From Blastocystis sp. Blastoise (taxonomy: Eukaryota; Protista; Bigyra: Opalinata), in contig JBBPEB010000009.1 in NCBI GenBank assembly GCA_039096225.1, forward strand, positions 868,001-932,000: 64,000 nucleotides of DNA, read 5' to 3'. The translations under genes were made by a program, and so were the position numbers. Positions 1 through 16,012 of this stretch are shown one piece after another; the first letter of the stretch is position 1, and each line of letters starts with the position of its first letter. The notes under the pieces are model-generated. The model did not search any database and was not told where the DNA came from. It worked only from the letters and a program-made list of their open reading frames with translations.

Positions 1-616
1 TACACCTGATGCCATATAGGCTATTTTACCTTTGGGATTTATTATATAACTATAAAGGATATATATATAATAAGAATATATATAAAAACTAATAAAATAA
101 AAGAAAACAATAAATAAACAAAAATATAAGTAACGAAAACACCAAATACCATGGCAATACCAAAAAGTAAAGGAATGCCACTAGAAAGACCAACAGAATC
201 AATTGTGGAGAATTGAACAATTTGAGTACCAATATTTGTTAATCCTAAAAAAAAGAAATAAAAATAAAGAAATAAAAAAAACATCTATACCAGCAAGAGC
301 AGGACCAGCTATCTTCATAACAACATCGGTAGGCTATATAAAGAAAGAATAATATACATATAACTAGTATAAATACAGAGTTTTTGAAGACTGCACTAAA
401 ATTAGCCCAAATACTATCGTTATTAGGAGGGAAGAAGGACATGCCCATAGTTAAACTCAGGAGAGCAATCCAGATGAAGCACCAGATGACAAAATCAAGA
501 TTGTAGTAAGAAACGGAGTATGGTAAATTCTTGGCTGCGTTCATATTTGAACCCCAACAGAGCATGGTAATAATGCTGAGAATAAGAGAGACAGTGTAAG
601 ATTCAGCAATAAACAT
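1..616 (-). CDS. Ureide permease-like / DMT-superfamily membrane transporter, spliced, 3' end outside the window
   Basis: N-terminal TM with ITMLCWGS motif. GT-AG introns join exons giving ...GPALAGLTNIGTQIVQFS..VGLSSGIPLLFGIAMVFGVFVTYIINPKG, matching the ureide permease pattern. Confidence 0.7.
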
Positions 617-1389
617 TGTGAATGTGTAATAAAGAATAAATGTTTAGAAAACAGTAATCTCGTTTATAAAATTCCATCCAAAGAAAAATAAAAGGAGAAA
701 CTCATCAAAATGGGAAATCATCCCATTTACAATTCTACTTTGCATTTCTCCCATGAAAATCCCTTTTCTACTCATTCTGCGTCATTTGATTGGCTAACCA
801 AACGAAAAACCATACAAAGGGATTTGTGTGCTATTTGTATTTCTCATTTCGTTAAAAAAATAAGAATTGTTGTGTATGTTTTCTTTTTGGTTTATAGAAG
901 TTTTTATGATAAATAAGATCATGGATCTTTGGTGATAGCTAATAATCACATATATAAATATGTTGAGCGTATATTTGGTGAAAAACATGCATACTATTTT
1001 ATATTTAAATTAGTATAATTGTGACCATTTAAACTGTTTTTGTGTGTTAAGAATATATGTAAATAGTTCATTATTTTATTTAAAAAAAAATGAGAATGAA
1101 CAATAGAGAGATTAATCCAGTATTTTAAAATAAAAAAAAAATGTTAAATATAAGTTTTCTTTATGTTAATAATATACTTTTATAGAACTAAACAATAAAT
1201 AAAAACTAAAATATTTCATTACATATAAAAAGCAATGAAATACAAATAGAAGCAAGGGAAAAAAATAGGAAAAAGAATATATTAAAATACAAAAAGTAGT
1301 AGTTTATAAAAATATATAAATTGATTTGAAATAATGTCACAAGTGTATTTAATAAATTGTATAATAGTTATTGATCAATAATATTTTCT

Positions 1390-1477
1390 TTATATACGAG
1401 TAATATAAGCACCAGAACGACTTACATAACGTAAATACTTTTGACTAGATAATAAAGATAATAAAGATAATAATAAT

Positions 1478-1533
<56 letters not shown>

Positions 1534-2987
1534 TTGATAGGAGTCATCATTGGAAGTGACTTCAAGACCATTAATACGAAGTTGAGATAAATTATAATTT
1601 AACATAACATAAGTGACATTAATAGGACTCATTTCCTTGATAGTAAAAGCATCCGAAGGTTTCGTTAAATTGATAATAATATGTAAATAATGTTCATTAG
1701 GAGCAGTATATCCCTTTATATACCATAAAATCTTCTTCTTTATCTCACTATATTCAGCAACCTATATATATATGTTATTACTATCTCCATATTTTATAAT
1801 GAATATACTCTTTAAAGAAATATTTTTATATAATTAACAAATATTTAATATAAATAATAATAATAATATAATAATAATATAATAACAATATATATATATA
1901 TATATACTTGTCCTTGAATATCTTTCGGTAATTCTACTTTACAACCAGAGAGAGTAGAAGGAACATTCATACTTATTGCTATTTCACGAATCTTAGTTTC
2001 TGCAGGTATAATAGAGGATAATTTAAGAATGATTTCATATTTATATTCAGAAACAGGTTCAATAAGAGGAACAATAACCAGGGGTTGTTTGAAAGGAGCA
2101 GTACTTCTATAATTCATTAATATAGATGTACCTATATATATAGATATATAGATGATTATTAATTAAGGATATATATAATAAAATAACTAAATAAATAAAT
2201 AAATAAATAACTAAATAATATATATATATATGCCTTTATCGGGTTGAATCATAAGAAGATGATTACGATCCCAACAATCGGTATCAATCTTACTATTAAA
2301 GTTCATATCATCATATAATATATCACCATAACTAGAATCCTTATGATTCTCTTTACCTATCTATATATACATATATAGATAGATAGTATTTGATAAGAAA
2401 TAAATAAAATAATAATAATAATAATAATAATAATATATACAATAATATTCTTTGGTAATTGTATTTTGACTGTAGCATCACCGATAACTTTATTATTAAT
2501 CTTAATAGAACCATCAATACAACTATTCATAATATATCCCTATATATAGAATATTATAATATATATATATAACATATTATAAATAAAATAATATAAACCT
2601 ATATATATCCTTCTCTATTAAGTGTAGCAGAAACACGTTCAATAACATCCACATATATTTCACTCTTGACCATAACATTCGACTTATTTACTTGAGTAAG
2701 AGCCTGACTAGCAATACCATTCAAACGATTCTATATATATATTATTATTAATATAAGGAATAGTTCACATTGATAGTATAATATGAAATCAAATATTATA
2801 TATATATATATATATACCAAGAAGTTTTCATCAGTACTAACAGCAGGTGTATATACATATGTTTGTAAGAGAGCAGGATCAGTACTTTGGGGGTAACCAT
2901 ACTCCTATAGAATATATATTAATTATAACATATAGAATAATATAATGTTAAATAATACAATAAAATTGAATAATAATATAAAACACC

Positions 2988-3022
<35 letters not shown>

Positions 3023-3699
3023 GAAAATAAATAAACATATCATTTAATATAAAATTATAATTATTATATATATATATATACAATAATTTCATCTAACATT
3101 TCATAAATTAAAACAAGATTTTTACGAAGTGCATTTTCAGTTAATCCTCCTAATTTATCCTATATATATAATATATATATATTATAAACAATAAAATATA
3201 ATAAAAATTATAAACAATAAAATATAATAAAAATTATAAACAATAAAATGTAATAAAAAATAATAAACATAATAAACATAATAAAATATAATAAACAACA
3301 TCATAAACAATATAATAATAACACATAATAACTTACCGTGAATAAAATGACCATACGTGATAATAATTCTAAGGTTTGAGTAACAGGGACATTATTTTTA
3401 GTAGAGAAGACAAAGTAGAATCTACCTCTCTTTATATGAATGAAATGAAGTCCATCACAATCCTATATTAAAAACAATAGACATTAAATTGGTTGATTCT
3501 TTTGTTTCATTATAAAATAAACATATCTATTAAATAAAATAAAGATATATACAGTAACAGGAGAAGCATCGTCTTCATCAGAGAACTGAACGGCACGATA
3601 GAAGATTTCAGGAGTATTTTTGGGCATTTCTTGTCTAAAATCTCTGTATACGATACGATCACCATGACGAGTTAAAATGAAGAATTCACATAAAGCCAT
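1390..3699 (-). CDS. AP4M1: Adaptor complex medium (mu) subunit, most like AP-4 mu; multi-exon
   Basis: Exons encode FFILTRHGDRIVYRDFR, LRKNLVLIYEMLDEI, YGYPQST, EIYVDVIERVS, DDMNFN and C-terminal RYVSRSGAYITRI, all hallmark mu-adaptin motifs. ATG at 3699, stop at 1390. Confidence 0.8.
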
Positions 3700-5425
3700 T
3701 GTATTTTTCCTAAAAAAAGATACGCTCAATGTAAAAAGGTTTGTATCCCTTACTTTTAAATAAATATTATATCCTTGAATAGATTATACTTTAAACAAGA
3801 TAATATTATCTTTTTTAGACTGATCTTTTCTTTTTTCTATTAAGAAAAAGCACATTTTTCTTGGTTATTATGACATATTCTATGGACAGAAATAAAAAAA
3901 ATCAGAAACCTATTGGATACCTCAGAGACACTAATGGATCTATTGGAGATTCTTTATAAAAACCAAGTCTATTTTAGTAAAAATCTTCTCAACAGCTCCT
4001 TTTTTTATCAATTTTTCCACGGTTTTCTCACGATTCTTCTGTTGTTTTAGAAAAACGAAAGTTGTCTCCTTTGTGTCTTCAAATTTTCAGACTTTTTATT
4101 TTTATACCTTTATATCTCTAGATACTTACATTTGTTCTATGAAACACATCATTTTAGGTTTGATGATATTATTTGTATTTGCTTATCGTATATCTATTTA
4201 TGAAAATGCCTTTAACATGATTTCAATTGTAAATGATTTCTAATCATTATAATAGCAAATAGAAATGCTAAAATATTACGATATAAATTATGAATGAACT
4301 AATTCTTTTATATTCAATATCTAATATGTAAACACAGTTCGATTTACAACTCATTTTATTATGAAAAATAAGAAAGATATCATATTTCATATACTATATG
4401 TTTTTAAATTACTACCTAAACATATTCCACTCTAAGAAACATAAAAGATATTATCTATAACTATTCATTTATGAGGAAAACACATAAAACTTTAATAATA
4501 GAATAGCCATACTATTCTATAACGAAAATAAGTATCATTATTGAATAAAAAAATAAATAAAAATCATTTTATTTATAAAAAATTCTTTTTATTCTCTTAA
4601 TTAATATTCTGACTAAACCCCAAAGATGTCTGTACATCTAAGAATGAAATAAAGATAACGATTTTTTAAAATTAATGGATTCAATGCTAATAATTATTTT
4701 CATTGTGGTATTTATTTAATATAATATATATTTAGTGAACTGCAGATGAGTTATAGGCATTCAAAAAAATGTAAATAATCGAAATACTAAAACAATTCTA
4801 TACAACATATCCCTAAAAAACCAACACAAGTATCACAATAAATTAGCACATCATCAGAACATACCATTTAAAATAAAATGAAATTGATCATAGTATTAGT
4901 ATCATAAAACAAAGCATGACAGACTAAAGATTCCGTTCAAACTTCTCTCTTAAAAATTTGTTTCTTATTCATTCAGTTCAAGGAAGAAGGGATAGATCTA
5001 ATTCTTTCATTTTGACTTAGGATATTAGGAATATTGATGCATATAGAAACACAAAAGTGTCCTTTATTCCCTATCCATTCTAAGAAGTGTTGGGGCAAGA
5101 GTGGAAAACCCAATTTTTTTGAATTGCCGTTAAATAATCTCAAATGACCATGAGATAATCGAAATACAAAAAGAATTACTGGATAAAGTCGGTTTCTCTC
5201 AAATAGTCATGATGTGTCATTGTTTGGACAGGTGGCATTGCCAACAGTTGAGACGAGAGAAATCCTGGTTTTCCTCACTTTTTGACTATATTTTTGGAAG
5301 AGGAAGAAAGGGATACTGTGCTCGTCCTACACTGATTCTAAACTCCTTTTTGGATGGTTCATGTTCAATTTGGATCATATTTATTTTATTTTGATTTTAA
5401 AATATTATAATATAAAATAACTAAT

Positions 5426-8118
<2,693 letters not shown>

Positions 8119-11100
8119 ATGATATAGTTATATATATCTATTTATTTGTATTATATAATTGCTTTCTATATCTATATATATGTTAAGGTTATTAAATTTT
8201 TTATGAATTAATTTTATTGTTCTTCTTTTCTTTTTTCATTTTCAACTCTTTCTGTTCTGTGATTCTCCTTATAAACCATAATATTTCCTGCTTTATATAT
8301 ACTTTTATTATTTTATATACTAATATATTGTATATATGCGTAGTTTTTAATTATGAATTATTTTCTATATTCACTATCAGGTTTTTTGTATTATAAATTC
8401 ATTTTGATTGGCTAATACAAGGTCAAAATTGGTTCGGCCAATAGAAAAAGGGCATTTTTAGAGACTTAGAATTTTTGAGAATTTTTGAATAAAAAAATAG
8501 TACTTGTTTTAAATTTGACTATAAAAATCATACTAGACATGCTTTTTAATAAAATTGACATTATTTTATTATATCAGTGGGTCACACAATATCCAAAACG
8601 TTTTTATTTATTTTAAAGTCGCAATTCTGAAGAAAATGGGGGTCAATATTTTAAAATATTTTATAGTTGTGTTTAAATTGAAGACCCTCTGAAAGTCACA
8701 AGTATGTCTAAAAGTGAATAAAAAGACCTCTATGGGACAAAACCAAAATTCAGCCAAAAAGTCAAAAATTTATATTTTTTTTACACTGAAAAATTGAGCC
8801 GAGCCTATTTGTTCCATGGGCAGTCAGACCAGAGTTTTGAATTTTTAAAATATTTACGGGAATAATTTTCTTGTTTAAAACTGAGTCTATTTTTATTTTA
8901 TTATATATCAGAGGACATAAGAATTTTAAAAGACTTTTTTCATTTTATTCTATCATGACTTAAAGTTCCGCATACAAAGAGTATGTCAAAACTTATAAAA
9001 AAACTACTTTTCCTCAGAATCAAAGAAAAGTCTTTTAAAGAGTTGTTTTGAGAGTTAATTATGTATTATAAAAACGTTTTATGTCAGAATTAATAGTTTT
9101 TAGACGAGTTAGTCAACAGATCAGAGAGTCAACAAAAATGAGTAATTTTTTAAAACCTGAAAGTAGTGGGATACAATAATGTTGTGTCAATAGTGTAATA
9201 TATAATTGTTAAAACTTGTTACTTTAGTATTGAGTCATAAAAATTTAAAAAAAAATTAAAAATGAATTTTTATGAAAATTTTTAGTATTTGACTAAAAAA
9301 TTGACTTTAAATATGAATTTATCTTTATTTTTAATTTGTTGTATACAAGCAGATCTAGTGACTGCTATGCATATCTTAGGTGTTTTCCATACAGGTATAT
9401 ATTATATCATAATTTATTTATTGAATATTTCCTATTTTTTTATATAATTCTTTTAGGTTCTTGATTCTGGCTTCCCGTCTGCGTTCAAACAGTCTCTTCA
9501 GTCACTATTAGAAGTGTTTACCAAAAACGGGTTGATGCTATTTATCTATTTGGTAAGGTATTTTTTTCCATTTCTTTTTTATTTTTTTTTAGGTTCTTTT
9601 CGGTTCTACTAACTCAAAACACTGTCAAACAACAACCATATATGTTATCAATAGTATATAAATATCGTATATATTTTTTTTCGTTTGCATTAACATTTTT
9701 CTTTTTTTTTCTTTTCCTATATTAATATCCTTAATTTAGTTCATGTAGCGTACGGTGTCTCACACACTTTCACTATTATCGACTTTGTTATTAACTTTTA
9801 TAAAATAAAAATTACATCATAAAATCCAGAACACAATTCTGAAAATGACTGTTAAAGAAATTTTTCAAAAATTCTAAATTTCTGGCTAAAAAACGGAAAA
9901 AACCATTTTCGCACAAATTTTTAACCAAAATTATTGGATTATTTTTATTTTATCCAATATTTTTCATTTTTATAAAAACACTTATTTTTCGTTTTTCATT
10001 TTTTATTGTTTTCTTATTTTTCCTATATCACTTCACATACTCTATATTTATTTTTATAAAATTGACTTTTATTGACGGGTTAGTCTTATAAATAGTTTTG
10101 ACGGGTGAATTAGTTTATATTTACAACTTGACAACATATCAATACACACATCACTAACTTTAAACTCTAAAATGGTTTCAGTTGTTATGATACTGACCTC
10201 AACTACTCTGAAACAACAATAATTCCTTTAAATAACAACAAAAGTCAAACTGATATCCGACACATTCCTTCTTTATAAACTTATTTGAGTTTATTCAAGT
10301 TATTTAGAATCAATACATGTCATAAGTATATCTTTTAGTTGTTTAAAAAGTTTTAATAAGAAAATATTTGATAATAGAAATTTTGATGTTTTGATAGTAT
10401 AGTTTGTTATTCGTCTTTCTCCTTGAGTTTTGGGTATTTTTTAAAAATAGAAGTATAATTATAATTAAGATAAGCTATTGCAGATACATATTTTTTATTT
10501 TATCTAAATATTTAATATTGACTGAGAAACATTCATTTATATGAAAAACATAAAAATGAAAATTTTCAAAAAAGGGTATAGTTTGTTATTGTGATTTCTC
10601 AATCAATTCTTAATAAAATAAAAAGGTTAAAACATATTTAGAAACTAGACATGTCATAGCAGATACATATTTTTCATTTTTTTAATTAATTGAAAACTCA
10701 GGTCACAAGAGTCAATAGTTGAACTCAATAAAAAATGACTTTCAAAAAATTTTCTTAAAAAGTTTTCATTTGTTTTTTGTTAATATTTTCATCATTAACA
10801 ATTTTATTTGACATTTGACTTTATATTTAAAAACTACATACCAAAATAAACATATTTTACAATTTTATTTTGTTTTTAAAAGACTTTAACAACACATCAC
10901 CAGACAATGTTAACTCAATAAACTCTTAAAACGTTTTAATACGTGTTTAGTACCACTCATAGACACTGTACGTGACTTATTTGAAAAAGTTAAGACAACA
11001 TGTTGAACTGATACAGACAATGTTTGTCTTAAAAAGTTAGTTATGAGTCTTTATGAGTTGTATATGTCATAAATAAGCTTAAAATAAATAAATTTGTTTT

Positions 11101-13514
11101 TAATTGTCTTTAATTAGTGAAATAAGTCGTTTAAAAAGAAGAAAGCATTTTGGATACTATAGTTTATTTTGACAATTTTTCCATCAATATTAATTTAAAT
11201 AAAATAAATAAATCTTATTTATAAACTAGACAACATATAGTTTATATATTTATAAAAATATTATCAAAATATAAAATAACTTTTGAGATAAAAAATTATA
11301 TATGCAAAACATAAAAAAATTAATTTTTGAAAAAAGGGTATACTTTATAACATTAATTTCTCAGTCAATATTTAATTATATTTAATAATTTTAATAAATA
11401 AATACATAGAATAAAACATATTATTAATATAATTTTTAATATTTGAGATTAATAAAAAAATGAGTTCAGTAGAGTCAATAGTGTAACATGTTAAAAAACT
11501 GAAAATTGAAAAATCTTTTTTCTCAAAATTTTCTGAAAGTTGACAAATCAAATTCATATTTGACAAATAATTTTTATATATTTGTAAACTAGACCTTATA
11601 TGTATTGCATTTCTTAAAAAATTAGTCAAAAATAAGTTAGACGAGTGTATGAGTATATGCACATGTTGACTCATAATTTTGTAAAAAGTAGTTAAATATG
11701 TCCTAAACCACATATCAAAGCAATTCTATAAATATTATCACTTTATAATGAGTTTAAAGGGTAAAATAATTTTGAATTGTCTGTTTGACTGTCTTAAGTG
11801 AAGAGATTCAATACACTTTTTATAAAAATGAGTATTAGAGTGTTTAATGTTTATAATAATAAAAGAATTGTTTGAAATAAAGGTGGTTGTGTGTTTGACC
11901 AAAATGTTAAAATGAGTCTATTTTTCTAAAATGGTTACAATAAGTATATATTGAGTGTTTTTAGAGTGTTTCATATTAAAATCTACAATAAATAAACATT
12001 TTAAGTTGTTCAAAAAATTATTTTTTTAGAATTACAATAGTTAAGTCAAGAGATTCAAGTCACTTTTTATAATAATAATAAATAGACTTATTATAGAATA
12101 TAAAATATTAAAAATTAGTTTAATTAAACATGGTTGACTGTTTGATAGGAGTGTTAAAATGGGTAAAAAGATTTTAATTGTTTCTAAAACTGTATAATAC
12201 GTTTTTATGTTACTAAATACAAAATTATTATTGTTTAAAGAATGTTTTTTGTCTTTCAAAAGAACTCATTTTTTGTAATTGTGACTTTAAACAAAAGAGA
12301 TTCAAGTTATTTTTTACAAATTAAAATAATAAATTAAATATATATGTATATTAATATAAAATTCGTTTTAATAAAAGTGGATATGTGTATTTAAAAACGT
12401 TAAAATCTTTTAGAGTTTTTTAAAAATAACTTATTTGTTTTATAAACTATATTTTATGTATAATAGGTAAAGTTTCCAAAGTATTTAAATCTATTTAGTT
12501 ATGAAATGGAATGTAATTTTTGGTTTATATTTAGTTTTTCGTTTCATTTAATGAAATGATTTTGATAACACTATAAAAATTGAATTAAACTTGAATTAAT
12601 TAATTTTAAATAATGAAAAGATAATTTCTCTATAAATATTCTCTTTTACTTAAAACGAATAGATTCTATTAATGATAAATATTAAAATAAGACTCTAATT
12701 TTTTTGTTTATTATATAAAGTAATAAATATCTTTTAATTATTAAGAGTACTTTTGTATTAATAATTCAAACTAAAATAAGTATAATAAAAGAAAAATTAT
12801 AATATTTATCAAATAATATCAAGATATGATTACTATTTATATAATTAAACATTTATTAATTGAGAAAAGCTGTATAATAAAATTTCTAAAATATTTATAT
12901 AATAGTATATATAAAAGGAAAGGATAAAATATAAAAAAACAAATAGATATCAAAATTATAATATTTTAAAAATAAAACAAAACAATATATGAAAAGAATA
13001 TATAATGTTTTTTTTAGACAAGAGAATAAGCTATTTCTCACAATAATAATTATATAGACTAATTCAAATAAAACATAAATATTTAAAGGTAGGGTATAAG
13101 TGATAATAATATGTTTTAAAAGAAAAAGTATTTTATAATCATATTGATATTATTTAAAATACTAAATATTTATAAAACTAAATGAATTGATAAAATACAT
13201 AGAAAGTTATAAATGAAATAACAAAGAAAAGTGAATTAATATTGAAAACTAAATAGAAATAGAAATAGAAATAGAAATAGAAATAGAAATAGAAATAGAA
13301 ATAAGATCAAAAATAAAACACAAGAGTTAATTAATTATCATTGATAAACAATAAATATATATAATCAATAATAAAAATGGCTAAAATAATACTAAATAAA
13401 AAAGGAAATAATACTCAAAAACATATAGAATGTTAAGTAAGAATTATCAATATGTATGAATTAAATTATTTAAAATACTAAATTGAAAATTAAGATTAGA
13501 AGATAACATATTAA

Positions 13515-14408
13515 TTCTTCCGTTCTTCGAACTGCAGAAGGGGGTATGCAAACCCCGCATAGAGTCTGCGCGACGCGCGCAGCCATAAGCGGGGAAGACA
13601 TCCCCCTTTTTGTTCTCGACGGAAGAATTAATAACATTTCTGAAGTAAAATAACCATGGGAGTGTAGGGTAGTGTGTGTGTGTATTTATTTTTTCCCATG
13701 TTTATTTATTTTTAATTTATTTGTGTTCCGATTCCAACGTGAAACGTAAAGTGATCAAGGAGAAACTCATAGTAATCATAAAAGAAATAAAATACACAGT
13801 CCAACCCTCCCCTTTACAGGGAATATTCATGGGAAATGGCTCCATCGTTGGTAAAGTGAGTAAAATAATCACGGGAATACAGAAAGAAATACGAAAAGAA
13901 GCACAGAATGTGCTAAATAAACACACACCCCGACCCTCCCTTTATATAGAGAAAAGATGAAATGGATGGTTCTATCTAAAAAGAAATAATAGAAATAATC
14001 ACGGGAATATATAAAAATAAAAATGTATGTATAGTGATCAATAAATAATATAAAAAGTCATGATAATCATAAAAAAATTTATATAAAAAGAGTAAAGTGA
14101 TCAAGGTATGTATTTATAGTGGGTGAAAGAAAAGCTGGTGGTGGTGTGGTCTTGTAAAAAGATGTACCCACCACCACGATTATAACGAGAGACTTTTGGA
14201 AACAAGGGTGACCGTTATGGAAATAGGATGCGTCATCGTGAATTGTCCAATCAAATTGCTTAAAAATGTAAAAATGAGGGATTTTGGAACACAAAAACAC
14301 AATTATAATAGGGAAACTGGGGAAACTAATTGTGTTCCAGTTGTTTTATGTGGCGGAATGTATATCAATTTTCTAGAACATTCTAGAACATTCTCGAAAC
14401 TTCTAGAA
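13515..14408 (+). repeat. Left terminal inverted repeat of the PLV
   Basis: Reverse complement of 40829-41723 with a few substitutions and indels. Confidence 0.95.
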
Positions 14409-14418
14409 CATTCTAGAA
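14371..14418. promoter_or_regulatory. Heat-shock-element-like array (10 alternating nTTCn/nGAAn units) upstream of recombinase 1
   Basis: TTCTAGAACATTCTAGAACATTCTCGAAACTTCTAGAACATTCTAGAA, ~90 bp before ATG 14507. Confidence 0.7.
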
Positions 14419-14506
14419 CATGAGAATCTTAGATATTTTATTTTGATTTTCTTATGTATTATTCTTTTGAAAATAGAAGTTTTAAATATTCTACTTGAGA
14501 AAATCA

Positions 14507-15442
14507 ATGAAAAATACGAATTATGACAAGTATCTTTCTGTTATACAAAATTCAAATTATTCTGATATTTGGAAAAAACGTTTAACCAATTATTTCAATT
14601 TATATATTTTCCCATTACCATTTAAAAAGTTCTCAGAATTCTTAAAGAATCCTTATTCATTCATGGATTATATGGTAAATGAGCGTAAAATCAAAATTAG
14701 TCCAATGAAATCGTTATGTGAATTGATTTTATTTATTATACGTAATGTTTCTTCATTAAATAAAGAAGGTATTTTAAATAAATGGTGTGAATTTTATGTG
14801 ATTATCAATTCAATGTATGAAAAATATCTGGATAATAAGAAACGTACTTTGATTCAAGATCTTATTAAAGATGGTATTACGACTCCTTATTTACATGAAT
14901 ATCACGATAAATTAGAAAATTATAATCCATTACGATTAATATTAGATTTTTACTCCTATCTTCCTCCTGCTCGTGCTGATTATGCTCAATTATTCATTCT
15001 ATCACCAGAAGATACTATTGATCCAGCTATTCATAAGAATTATATTGTTTATGATAAAGAGAAACATACTGGTTCTATTCTATTAAATGATTATAAAACT
15101 GCTGGTAAATACTCTACAATTCAATTAGATGCACCAAAAGAATTGATTGAAGATCTAGAATTACTCTTAAAAAGAAATCCAAATCGTAAATTTATATTTG
15201 AATCTTCTGTACGAACTGGATTTACTACTAAAGCATTTGATTGGTTTGTGAATAAGCATTTAAAACAAATCCATCCAAAATTAACCATTAATGCATTAAG
15301 AAAATTATATGCTACAACTACAACCAATACATTCCAAGATATAGAAAATTCTGCTTCTGCTTTATGTCATAATGATTATACACATATTAATTCTTATGTA
15401 TCTTTAGAAAATAATAATTTATTTAAAAAATTAATTGAATAA
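14507..15442 (+). CDS. Tyrosine recombinase 1 (PLV/virophage type)
   Basis: PPARADY (R), NDYKT (K), NALRKLYAT, ALCH, INSY (Y) catalytic pattern; first ATG at 14507. Confidence 0.8.
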   Translation: MKNTNYDKYLSVIQNSNYSDIWKKRLTNYFNLYIFPLPFKKFSEFLKNPYSFMDYMVNERKIKISPMKSLCELILFIIRNVSSLNKEGILNKWCEFYVIINSMYEKYLDNKKRTLIQDLIKDGITTPYLHEYHDKLENYNPLRLILDFYSYLPPARADYAQLFILSPEDTIDPAIHKNYIVYDKEKHTGSILLNDYKTAGKYSTIQLDAPKELIEDLELLLKRNPNRKFIFESSVRTGFTTKAFDWFVNKHLKQIHPKLTINALRKLYATTTTNTFQDIENSASALCHNDYTHINSYVSLENNNLFKKLIE

Positions 15443-15515
15443 TTTTATGTTTTCATGCTTGTTTTGTTTTAAATTTGAATATAACTAAACAACTAGTAAT
15501 AAAAGGATATAAAAA

Positions 15516-15890
15516 TTAATTAAAAGGTAAGAAAGATAGATTATTATTATTATTTTGATATTGATTTTGTTGTTGATTACTTTTCATAGTTGGCATAAAC
15601 ATATTATTGGGTTGAATAAGATTTTTATCATCTTGATATTGATTCTCATTCTTCATATATTGTTTATCCAATAGCATTTCAAGACGTTGATGAATCACAG
15701 GATCATCTATATAAAGTAGCATATTTCTACAATAACTTAGTTGTAAATCACTAAGATTTTTGTTGTTATTGTTATTTAAAAATTGTTCTAATAGATTCGC
15801 TATTTCATTCTTTTTGGATTTAATTCCTTCTTCTTTTAGATTCTTCATCACACGACAAAAATAAGAATAACTAAGATATTTCTTGTTCAT
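15516..15890 (-). CDS. Hypothetical viral protein, 124 aa
   Basis: ATG-initiated ORF with an upstream HSE array (15986-16008) and downstream TGTTTAGTT (15483-15491). Confidence 0.6.
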   Translation of the reverse strand: MNKKYLSYSYFCRVMKNLKEEGIKSKKNEIANLLEQFLNNNNNKNLSDLQLSYCRNMLLYIDDPVIHQRLEMLLDKQYMKNENQYQDDKNLIQPNNMFMPTMKSNQQQNQYQNNNNNLSFLPFN

Positions 15891-15985
15891 TATTTAAATT
15901 AACCAATGATTAAACAAAACAAATTAATTATATAAAACACTAATATAATAAATTAAAGATTCTACAAATAGAGCCAGTTCAAAAT

Positions 15986-16008
15986 GAATGTTCTAGAATG
16001 TTCTAGAA
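15986..16008. promoter_or_regulatory. HSE-like array (5 units)
   Basis: GAATGTTCTAGAATGTTCTAGAA, ~100 bp upstream of ORF 15890(-). Confidence 0.6.
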
Positions 16009-16012
16009 GGTT

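Noticed and set aside
11372-12259. ORFs in family B (also 61326-61544)
   Set aside because: No recognisable motifs; the 113-aa ORF is not preserved in the second copy.
13676-14423. Short ORFs within the TIRs (mirrored at 40826-41561)
   Set aside because: Mostly non-ATG starts, overlapping on both strands, duplicated only because of the TIR.
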